Below the pieces are notes generated by a model that saw nothing but the letters and a program-made list of their open reading frames with translations, had not been told where the DNA came from and did no database searches. A program made the position numbers and the translations under genes. Positions 53,156 to 64,000 of a stretch of 64,000 bases of DNA are shown in pieces. Source of the stretch: Marsupella aquatica (lineage: Eukaryota; Plantae; Marchantiophyta); assembly GCA_973895155.1 (NCBI GenBank), contig OZ316891.1:4807708-4871707 (forward strand). Reading direction: 5' to 3'. Positions within the stretch are counted from its first letter, which is position 1. Each line of letters begins with the position of its first letter.

Positions 53156-55940
53156 ACTCGGGTCGAGTAACTTCACATACGAGCAGTTCGGCAATTTTGG
53201 TTCAGTCTAATTCGGCGGTGCCATCGTGGTCGGTGGTTGTTCATTTGTACAAAGTAGAATTTAGCATGTGTCAGTTTTGGTAGCTTTCTCGAGCGGTGCA
53301 TCACGTGTAGTTTAGATAATTTTGTACAGCAGTGTAATCCTTCTGAAGCCACATTTTGAATCTCACGTCGGTTCCTACTTAACGATTTTTGCTGGGGAGA
53401 ACTGGGACGTCATGTTTACTTCATGGAAGTGCACAACCTGAGGTGGACTGAAATCATGGTTTCTCCCAGCAAGATAGAAAAGTCGCTGAATTTGGGTAAT
53501 ACGGATTTGTTTAGACCTCCAGAAAAAGTTGCCTGGCCATTTGAGGACGAATTTGAAGGGAGTTTGCAGCTTGGGGTCGCCTTCGTCCTACCGGAAAAAC
53601 CTCAACTTGGTCTTGGCGAGGCATTGGATGCCGAAATTCCGATTTTAGTGGAACTAGTTTTTGGATACGGATTACAACGGATAGGCCAGTCACCGGATTG
53701 GTATTCTTTTTGTGATAGTTCCACATTGGCCTGTCACACTACACACAAAGTTTGTGTACACAGTTTTGTGATAAAACAGATTTTTGATGCACCGTACACA
53801 ATGTGTCTTCGTTGTCGCGTGATTCACACATCTGCAGTCATGGATGGTATGACTTCGTACTTGTGAATGTTTCCGTTAGCTTGGTTGATGCTGACGTCGA
53901 TACTTTTCTCTTCGTCCCGAGTTTGTTGCACATTGTATCGTTGGTACTCCTGGGTTTTGCATGGTATATTTGTAAACTTTCTTCACCTTGGTTGGCACAT
54001 CTGTGACCCAAAAACAAAAGATTCAGAGCTTTTGCATCTGATTTATGCGAACACTACATTTCTCGGACTGTATTTCGCTTTCGACTTGAATTGGATAGTT
54101 GTAAACAATCAACTTGGCTGGGTAAATTGACAATTGAAACAACCGGATCAATCCACAATTCCAGACTGTTGCATCGGAATCCGAATCGGAATTCGGCATT
54201 TCGATTCCAGACTGTTGCATCGGAATGGGAATCGGATTTCTTTCTTGCATTGGTTGCGTGTAAGCCCCGAATCTTTAGTCTTGGCTGGATGAATTGAAGC
54301 TCAAAACTTGGTTAATGTTATGAACGTTGACCAAGTAACCACTTTCATCAGCCGAGGAAACTCAGATATGTACGGGAGTTTACAGGCGGAAACTACGCCT
54401 TCACGAGATTTTGACTTGATTAATATTTACTGATGGAGCAGTTGATTGAATATTTTGTTGAACTATTAACACGTTGATTTCAGACCGTGACTCCCTAGAA
54501 TTATGAAAAAATGGAAACTGACACTAATGTGATAATACGGTAATGCCTGGTAAGTATAGTCCTCGCTACTGTCAAGTATAGTCTCGGATGACAGCTCGTG
54601 CACCTGACTCGTATTATACTTCAAATAAGAAAAGACACGTGGCCAGCACGTATAATAGGTGCACAAGTAGGGCACTCTTCTTCTTAGTCCAGTCAGATTC
54701 GAAAACCGTCGATTGCCTATCTGTATTTCATCTACATTATAACACTTGGCAGATGAGACATGTAAGTGAATTCCTCACCTATCCAAATCGGGAAGACGTC
54801 AAGAAACGTTTGGTTTTCCATGCTTGGATCTTCATAAAACTCTGTTCTTCTATTTTCCAAACTAGAATAGCCAAATAGCAATCGTCAAGCAACAACTCGA
54901 GCTAAGGAAATGCTCCCAACCAAGCTTGCCGAATAGTACAATTCCACCAAGGTTTTCAGTCATTTCACTCTCAGATGGTTTTGAAAGAGAACCGAAAGGC
55001 AAATGGACAAGTTCTAAAATTCCACTTCTCCATGTTTTCTTTCTCAATATAGATCTTTGGGCTCTAAAATTTTTAAACGTTTCCTTAGTACTACCTCTGC
55101 CTTGAGATGGATGGAACAGAGCACATTTGGGTCATCATTTGATGGCACTTGAGGTAAACAATCTGGTGTCTGTTCAATGCTACAGGAAATTACTTTAACC
55201 TCAAATTCAAGTTGTTCGACTGATTGCAACTAACGTGATCAGTGGCAATGAACTTTCCCTCTGAGCCTTTGCGGTATTTTCGAATTTAGGTACCTTATGA
55301 AAGCCAATTTTTGTCAAACAGAAACGACGTTTCTCTCTGAAACTGTGCAGAACTCACTGTAGGAAAACACAATCAATTAACAAAGGCCAGATGTTACATC
55401 CCATTGAAGCGTCATCTCAAATCAGTCTTGTTGTGATTACCTCTTCTATCCGAGTAACGTACTTGGTGTTCTGGCTCACACTTGATGGGCATATATCCAG
55501 TTTACCTCCAATGTTGCTCACGGCTAAATAGTGGTATGTGCAATTCAGCATCAATCCAAAATCCGCTCTCGTGCTCTGCTAGATTCAATCAGAATCCGGC
55601 ATTTTAAACCACGAAGAACTCAAGAACTCAGGAACTCAGGACTTTTCTCTTCGTCCGGCTCTCTTCCTGACCGTCAAAATCAACCCGTTACTCTGCACGA
55701 TTTGAGCATCCCAAGATAATTTTTTCATTAATGTGCAGAGCATTTGACGAACATTTTGGCGAGGTTACAAACGACAGCTAAATGATAGTCTTTCTGCGTC
55801 TGCGACAAGACTCACTTGTATATACAGCGACTCCCTTCATCAGCAGAGTCAAGGTTGTAGAATGGAAGGGGAGGAAAACTACAGCTCGTACCAAGTGATC
55901 ACAATATCCTATGCATGCAAAAGGATACAAAGCAAGTACA

Positions 55941-56153
55941 GTGGATGCTCAAAATCTTTATCGTTGAAGGTTTGCAAAAAGCGGGGAAAGTAGATGCTCA
56001 AATTCCTGATCGTTTTAAGGCTCTTAGAAGTCACTAAATCGAGTAAAGTGGATGCTCAAAATCTTCATCGTTGAACGTTTACAGAATCACTAAAGCGAGG
56101 AAAGTGGATGCTCAAAATTCTTCATTGTGCAGGTTTTGACAATGAAGAATTTT
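55941..56153. repeat. Four repeats of about 50-57 bp ending in a perfect 15-bp hairpin
   Basis: GT(G/A)GATGCTCAAA x4. AAAATTCTTCATTGT (56114-56128) is the inverse of ACAATGAAGAATTTT (56139-56153). Confidence 0.8.
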
Positions 56154-57199
56154 CTGCGACAATGAACAAGAAGAATATTGCTTAAGGTATTCTGCAACAA
56201 TGAAGGAAGTCTGCAACCTGCATTCTCTGACGAGGGAAACCTTAATCAATACGAGAGAACCCCAATTCTCTAACGAGGGAAACCTTGAGCACTACTTGCG
56301 AGCCTTCTACCAGAGTGACCACCAGGCAAAAACTGGTTTGCAGGGATTTAAAATTGCCCATCTTCCACCTGTGACTGATAAACGTTCACCTTGAATCACG
56401 ACGTCCAATGCTATCGAAACAACTTCCAATCCAGTAAACTCCATTTCGATGCCATATTACTATACATCAAGGGGACCCGTCCAACCGTGGAAAGTCTGGA
56501 GACTGCTCCTTCCATGGTTGGAGTATTTTCTTGCCCGTCAGCATGCCGATTTGCCGACCCACCGGCCAGGATGTCTTCTTGTGGACTGGATCCCAATAGT
56601 GTCAGAGACTCAGATGAGCTGTGTTTCAGCTTTCGGTGTCTACTGGACCAAAATCTGCAAATATTTCGGTGTCTACTGGACCTTTTCCAGATTGACGGAT
56701 GCAATGGGTGCAATCGGGGCAATCCGATGGAGTCTACGGCCTGAATGGAAGAGCTCGTTCGCTAGTGGGAGAGCTCCACGAGCTTCACAGGACAGATTTT
56801 ACTCGGTTTTTTCTGACTCCGAGTTTATCCTCCACTGTACCGCACTACTAGTTTGTACCTTCAGCCACGTGACCTCCATGATCTGATTGCCATTCCGAAA
56901 AGGTCAGGTGTAGAAGCTCGTTCGAGGTAACAGTATCAGGCTGAGGCTCTGCAGTAGGCTTTAAGAAAAATAATTTTCTTGTCTTTCGTACCAAGTAGCA
57001 GCCTGGAGATCGGGGTGCTGGAAGAGTTAAGAGGAGCCGTTGAAGGTTTGAGGAAAGTTCGACCTGAAGAAATTCATATTGTTGGTCGTGCGTGCTACAT
57101 TTCGCCCAGAAGGACCAAGAAGTGAAGCTGCGGGCCGGAGCGTCTCTTTGCTACTCTACATTTTCTTTCTTTCTTTCTGCGAGAAGTCGAGAAGGAACA

Positions 57200-57726
57200 A
57201 TGAAATCGGTTGAGGTCCAAGCCAAGCTGCCGTCCGACCAAACTCCAGAGGCCAAAGCAGTGCGATCCAAACTGTTTGATCAGTTTGACCCAAATGGCAA
57301 TGGTTATCTCTCGTTAGCGGAAGTCGACAGGGGTGTTCGTGATGTTTTGGGCCTCGATGATGTGTTTCACGCCAAGGCTGCGATCATGAGAGCATTCGAA
57401 GCTTCCAAGAATGTTGGAAAGAGCAAAGCCAAGTACGGAGCCGATTTTGTGGAGCGCTCGGAGTTCCGCTTACTCCTCCTCTACCTCGGCAAATACTACG
57501 AGCTGTACGAGATGTTCGAATCGGTCGACAGCAGTGGCGACAAGAGAATCAACAAGGCAGAGTTCAAGACCGCTGCTGCTCATTTGGAGAAGGGGGAATC
57601 AAGGTCGAGAATGCTGACGCTGAGTTCGACAGAATCGATGCCAATAAGGGAGGATTCGTCCTTTTCGACGAGTTTGCCGACTGGGGACTCAAAAAGCACC
57701 TCCACCTTCAGGCTGACGAAGAGTAA
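57200..57726 (+). CDS. Flagellar calcium-binding protein (FCaBP/calflagin)-like EF-hand protein, with a 1-nt frameshift at 57592-57596
   Basis: LPSDQTPEAKAVRSKLFDQFDPNGNGYLSLAEV...RAF...ADFVERSEFRLLLLYL...ELYEMFESVDSSGD parallels trypanosomatid FCaBP as recalled. Adding one base in the G5 run restores (W)GIKVENADAEFDRIDANKGGFVLFDEFADWGLKKHL...stop (175 aa). Either an assembly error or a recent pseudogenisation. Confidence 0.85.
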
Positions 57727-57756
57727 GAATTCAGTATGTAGCTATAGATTCAGCTC

Positions 57757-58037
57757 CAGTAGAGATCATACAGCTTCCCGATAATGGCCCTTATGACATG
57801 GTTCTTAACCTGATCAAGCTGCTGTTGTGCCTGCTACTTGAGCTGTCCTGTTTAATGCACTTGCGCAACTTCCTTTCGGTCATTTGTTATGTACCTCTAG
57901 AATCTGCTCTAGTAGAGATCAGAACGCTTTCCAATTTGATCCATAGGACGTGGTTCTTACCCTGATCAAACCTTCTGGTCCTGAGTGCTACTTCTTGCGC
58001 TGTCATGTGCTATGGTCATGCGCAAATTCCTTTCAGT
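57757..58037. repeat. Diverged duplication of about 153 bp downstream of the FCaBP-like gene
   Basis: AGTAGAGATCA...TGGTTCTTA.CCTGATCAA...GCGCAA.TTCCTTTC.GT occurs twice. Confidence 0.75.
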
Positions 58038-59409
58038 TACCTCAGATGACTGTGAATACGTCTGTAGGGAATATGGCTTATTGTCCTGCTGGAACTTCTG
58101 CCTGGTTGGCTAGTCAAATCCATTGTGATGACACTGTTGACAAACTAATTTGGATTCGATAAAAGTATGTCCACATTGATCTATGTGTGGCCATTTTAAA
58201 ATCTTCTTCAAAATTTGGGGATGTGAACGCGGTAGAGTAAGAGTGAAGTTATTGGCTTAGAAATGGTCAATGCACGTTAAGAAAGATAATGCCATCGGTT
58301 TTGCGAATGTCATCCTTGAGCTCTTTCAAAGGCTCCCTCGGTCTCTCTTTCTGCATGCCGTTGACGGTCAACCCGACTGGAAACATGGAGAGCATGGGTA
58401 CTGAAGCTTAGGTTCACGGTTTGTCAGGATTGCCCTCGTTTATGTCGTTTCTTTTGCTCTTGTTCGAGAGATCATTGGTTTCAAACTCCTCCTCTGTAGG
58501 CAGTAAACTTTGAAACTCCGAGTATTGACTTCAGTTTATAACGCTTTTCGTCAAAAAGCCGAAATAATCTTATACCAGTAGCTGAGTGGAGCTATACGAG
58601 TGCCTTGCGCCGATTTCGGCTTCGCAATAACCATTGTAAACTTCTGAAGTCCACTTACCGTCATAATGCTCGCTGCATTTGAAGTTTCTATAACTGTGGG
58701 TTGAGGATTTTTATCGAGTTTCAAGTGTTCAGTTTTTCTTTATCTGGGAATGGCTCGATCGAAGTTAGCAGTGGAGAATGACGCCTTCACCAATTGCAGG
58801 GATAGAAGAGGCCCAAAAGTGGTTATCTGCCTGATCCGTCATGATTTTAGGCATGGACAGTACAATTAGGAGAATTTCAGCGCATTCATCACTTTTGGTT
58901 ACAACTCTCCGTGACGAAGACAAATTGTTCCTCCATAAGCTTTCAAACGAATGAAGCTAGGCCACGGTAGGCAAGGAAAATGACGATTTGAAATTGCAAA
59001 TGCTATCGTCTTTTGGATTCATTTGCAATTGTCCTAGTCCACTTTTGACAGATAATGGATTCAGATTAAATGGCAGATCATACGTGCCTCCGTTCAGAGA
59101 ATGGAAGTCACAAAACCTGAGGATATACGCGAATACCCAACTTCATCAATGTCACGATTCGACACAACGTCGTTGGCACTGAAAGAAACCAATTACCAAA
59201 AGTTGTGGTCCCTGCTTGGAGAACTTCAACATCCAAATGGAGCATGCAGAGAATCTGCATAGATGCATGAATGAGCGACCAACATATGCCGGCCCTCGTG
59301 ACAGGTCGTAAAAGAATTGAATTGACACATGCCAGAAGTTTTTCTATTTGTCAGTGCCTTCTTCATTGAAAATTGTATCACTCGAAACTTATTTCAGAAG
59401 TCCGTGGGA

Positions 59410-62025
59410 CTAGTCACTTTGCGATGATCTCATCTTATATGTAAGAACTGGTCTTAACAAGGCTACAACAGTACAGAGATTAGCTGATACCAGATCTGCA
59501 ACAACACAAGCAGCATCCTTGTATGCCTCAGGTCTCTCTTCGTACAACAACGCCTTGTCGTCACATACTACACGAGACCCTAATGGAGTAGTAGTGAGGT
59601 CATTTGCGTTGGGATGGCGAACCTTCCCACCTATTCTCGCAGCAGAACGAGCTAGCACCCGCCCTGCACCATGTGCCAGAGACCAACCGCTGTTTGCAAA
59701 CTGCACTTGCTCAACTGGTTGCACAAGGTAGCTAAAAGCACCTCTGGAACCAGGAATCACTACTGGGCCTTTGTCTGAGGGTGCAGCGCCTTTCCTGTGT
59801 AGCCACAGACTCTTTGCACGAAAACTCTCGTCGGGAATCCCCACCTGAGGGAATCGGAGAACACCAATGTCAATTTCTTGCACACAAGTAAAGGCTTATC
59901 CCATTATCGCAAAGATATTCTATTAGACAAATCAGCAAACCTACATATTGCCATCCAGGGACCACAACAGAGGTTATGCTGCAGTTTCATCCAGACCATG
60001 AGAGAATATCTGGAAGCAGATATCTGTTATAATTGGGAACTTGGTTTTGAATAACGATCCTTACCTCCACAACGCTGTTGTGGGTGATGTCTAATAGAAT
60101 ATCTTTAGGACTGGCATTTAGCTGTTCTAAAAGTCTTGTAGCAATTACACGTCTGTTGACTTGTGCCCATTTGCAAGCCTGGTCATGTGCAGCAAGGTAA
60201 TCCTGGGCCTCTCGTGACTCCTGCATGCAGGAAGAGAGTTATGGTAAGAGCGGAACTGACGAATTGAAAAATGTCCGTCAAGGTTGCGAAACAACTTGCG
60301 CGTGTCCGAACTATGAAGGAGTTTGAACACGTCTAGAACACATCCCCATGATAAGAGAACGAAGACATCGACAGAACTGTTTACCACAGATATCCCCGCT
60401 GAGCCAGCTCGTTCAGTATGTGTTTTGAGAATGCTTTGCCCAAATCCTCGAGAACCAGAATGGACACAGAGATAAACATCTTCATAGTTCAGTCCAAGTT
60501 TCTGTGCTAGATCCGCATCTTCAATACTCTCTATAGTCTGCAGCATTTATCAATCATGGAAATCACATCAGCCATGCACGAGTCTTGTTCTCAAGGATAG
60601 GTCAACTTGTTACAGCTGAAGAATATGAGGATACCTGCAACTCTGCAAAATGATTGCCCCTCCCTACAGTCCCTAGGGAATCTCCGTCGAAAGGAGTTGC
60701 CTGGACCCCAGCCAGGGCTAATTCACCTGGAAAATCTCACACAAATGGACATGCCCATCAGGGACTGAGAGAACACGGATTTTGACAATGCAAGAGCCAT
60801 AAGGGTAACATAACGATACATGTAAGAAAGGAAGAGTACATCACCTGCAGTATCACCATCCCATGGTCCCTCCAGCTGCAAACTGGCAGCCCAGCGGTCT
60901 AATGTGCGAGATTTGCTACCTGCAGAAGCTTTTAAGGATGTCTTTGCTAGTAGCATGCCACAACCGATGTCTGAGCCAACGAGAGTTGGATAGATGATTC
61001 CCTGAGTTGCAATTGTAGCCCCAATTGGACACGAAGCTCCTACATGCAAGTCCGGGAGTCCCACACCGAGTACCACGCCAGGTAATGCAGCTGCCCATTT
61101 CAGCTGCTTCAGTGCCTGTACATCCACAAAGCTATCCTTTGCTAGCACTATGACTTGCGCAGTTGCACTATCATTACCGTGCAGCTGATCTGACATCCAT
61201 CACATACCCAGTGATCAGGAAGGTACATTGCTAAGGTGATGCAGCACTTACTTCAAAGATGGCATTGAGGGACTATTTGATGCAGAGGATTTCGAAAACT
61301 GGATTGTTCTTGTTCCAATGGACAGATTGTAAGTCAAACCGGAGTCAAGAACAAATTCGGATTCATACTACCTAGCTCTTCCAAGACATCAATTCCACAA
61401 GCCAACTTCTGACATTGTGTCTGTCTATGTTCGCAACTTTCACTCCTGTCTGGCCGACCTTCTCTCAGAAAAACTTCTACTCAGAAAAGTTGCCCCCATT
61501 CAATCCACAGAGTCTTTCGTATTGAAACTGCACATCCAAATGAAAACCTCACAAGGAAATATTTAGAGTGAATTTTAGCAGTGGTATCCTGTTATTCTTG
61601 ACCTTACGAACACAGACCCCTCATTTATATTGCAAGCAAACTAGCAACGAGGAAGAAGGGGGATGAGTAGGTATCTCGGGCAGTGTACCTGGAACTTTAT
61701 CCATCACACAAGGGTCCCCTGCAGAAACGTACAGAGTTCCACCTAACCTAATTTGGGCCTCAGCGTGATCCTGGTCTCCTGCAGAAAGCTCCTCTCCTCT
61801 CGTGTTGAAGAGCCTCAAGTTCGTCAGAGGGATTCGCAATTTGTTGGCAGCCGCTTGTTGAACTTCCATCAGTACAGAGGAAACCATCCCGCCGCTGCCT
61901 GACGCACCCGCAACGACAGTTTTTGAATCTGTACGCTTCACATTGCGAACCAGCTTCAAAGCTATCTTCTCCTTCGAGGCCGGAGCAGAGAACGTGACTG
62001 GATTTGCATTTCTCTCCTCCTCCAT
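59410..62025 (-). CDS. rtcB: RtcB-family RNA ligase, release-factor-H-coupled (RtcB2-like) subtype, with an N-terminal DCX/ubiquitin-like domain, about 505 aa, 6 exons
   Basis: Exons 62025-61689, 61189-60845, 60726-60635, 60537-60385, 60220-60065 and 59844-59410 (1518 nt, GT-AG, phases consistent). Motifs: GLPDLHVG, YPTLVGSDIGCGM, LGTVGRGNHFAELQ, VHSGSRG, DITHN, WLHRKGAAP, IPGSRG, SLAHGAGR, LYEERPEAYK, LRPVLTYK. Confidence 0.93.
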
Positions 62026-64000
62026 GCTTCTCGCAGCGAATTCCTCTCGCACTTTGGCTCTAGTAACAAAATGCGCCAGATAGAACTTTCGAGCAAATTT
62101 TTAAACCAGTCTGTCCCGCCCAGATCGAAGTCAGGGCTGCGTCTATTCACTCTTTCTCGGACTGTGATCAATGCTCAATGCCCGGATCTGAAAAGGATCG
62201 ACAGAGCTGTGACCAATACCCAATGTACGAATTGGTCGATTTACCGGGATTTGTGGTCACGGTGATTCCGCTTATCCAGGACGAGACAGAAGCAACCACT
62301 AAATTCGGAAAATCGATTCCACAAGTTGAGTACGATTGTAATTGGAATCCAAATTGTGGACACCTTCGCAAACCTTTGCTCCAGAATTTTCAGTGCCTGG
62401 TGGAGCACCCCGGCGATGATCCCCTTGCCTCTACTTCTGAGCTCTTGAAGATTTTGTTGGATAAGATTTTGGATATAGATGCAAACCTCACCGAATCAAC
62501 CTCAGCTATTTGACCCCCTCGGATTACGGTCTTCCTACTAGCCTGCCCTCTCTACCCTCACGAGATTGAGTGAGATCACTAGTTTCGAAACCTCCAAGAG
62601 AAGTGTCTGCGAGGAACTCAATTGTTAGCCGTCGTTTCTTTGAAGACTTTGCCATCTACTGTACAGCTGGCCTTTCTCTACTAAGCAGTTTTGGAAAAGC
62701 CCAATTCGAAATGTGGAGACTGTACTCACGCTTTTAGCAACAAGAAATTTCCTTCTTCGCCGTGTGGTACAACAGGGGAACCCTCCTTAATTTAGTTATG
62801 TCTTAGGGAACACTTCTCCAGATGAAAGCCTACAAATGAGACAGTGTGAGCGTAGGCTAGACCGTGTGACGTGGGACTCACGTTTTGTGTCATTTGTCAC
62901 AGGGCGTGTGAGAGTAAAAGAAAAAGTGCTGCGTAATTTTTGACCTTGTCCAAAACTAATCTGATGATCGACTTGTGGCACCGTTATCGACTTCCCTGAT
63001 GGAACTTCTTGGAATCATCGAGATCGGCAGCAAACACACAAGGTATTTTGAAGCCTTTGATGTCAGAGTTGAATTCAATGACATCATCATGTGCGTTGAT
63101 TACTCTTTTGAAACAGTAATCTGTTCAGGTTGTTCGGATCTTCACACTCCTAATTCTTAGCCTTAGAAATCTTACTGTAAGGGACTTGATGTTTTCGAAG
63201 GTTTGAAAGGAGTCTCAGTGCATCAGTTTGCAGATGGCGCTATGAGTCGACCTCTATGTGCAGGATTGTGTGAACCTGAGCAATAGGATTTGTTCAACGT
63301 ACAGGTGGACAAGGCCACCAGGTGTGCAGGTGACGCTTTTGCCTTAACTCTTGCCTTGTCGATCTTACGATGGCAATGGGAGGCAACAGTACTGGTTTTC
63401 GCTTTGCTCTTCACGAAAGGACTGGCACGGCGAAATTTTAATCTTAAGCTCACCAGCCGGGAATTCCATGATCCTCGAAGAAAACTTTTCATCTGCATTA
63501 AGATATGTACTCTCTCTTCTGTCGAAATATTCCAGTAAACTTCTTTTCCAGTCCTGTGATTTTACTTGCAACGATGGAAAAGCACGGGATCTCAGAGAAG
63601 ATCTCAATACAAAGCTGGATCGTTCCTTTCTTACCCGATGCTATTTAGTAGATCGAGAAGCAGTACTACTGGCCCGGGAAACCACAGCTAACCGAACCAT
63701 GACCTCTTCTCTCCTTCGCTGGCGGTGCCCAGGAGAGCATGAAAATGTAACCGAACCATGACCTGACAGTTCGCGTTGATAAACCAAGTTTAACATCGAC
63801 ACTGCTGACCTGGGAACCCATACCATATGGTTGGTGGAACGTATTACAGCTACTTCGAGAAATTATTGAGAAATCGTTTCTCAGTCAACGGTCACAGTAT
63901 CCCCAATTGACTTGGATTGCGTCCTGATTGCAATTAACAAACGACTTGCGTGCCTACTACAGTCTACCGAACGCATTCGAGTCGATTCCGCTCGCACCGT

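Noticed and set aside
53423-53866. 147-aa ORF downstream of the second HMA gene
   Set aside because: No recognisable motif or splice structure.
57092-57784. 230-aa ORF as listed in the track
   Set aside because: It uses a non-ATG start, and its Ser-rich tail is the out-of-frame reading after the G5 frameshift.
62178-63826. Overlapping ORFs at the end of the window
   Set aside because: No family motifs and no consistent exon chain on either strand.

Overview
Eukaryotic, intron-containing plant DNA. Gene content suggests a flagellate-sperm non-seed plant, probably a bryophyte (inference). I reconstructed six genes by hand from splice sites and reading frames. (1) Protein phosphatase 1 inhibitor-2 (+, 10303-12769). 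(2) A two-exon chimera joining a retrotransposon Gag-like domain in frame to an atypical RLK/Pelle kinase (+, 14942-16988). (3, 4) Two divergently oriented HMA-domain paralogs with Tyr/Ser-rich low-complexity regions (-, 22843-23965; +, 51445-53155). (5) An intronless homolog of trypanosome flagellar calcium-binding protein with a 1-nt frameshift (+, 57200-57726). (6) A six-exon bacterial-type RtcB2 RNA ligase with an N-terminal DCX/ubiquitin-like domain (-, 59410-62025). The intergenic DNA holds a TSD-flanked tRNA-derived SINE, MITEs, Helitron-like ends, LINE remnants, short tandem duplications and a pre-miRNA-like hairpin. Family assignments come from recalled motifs; no database search was run.
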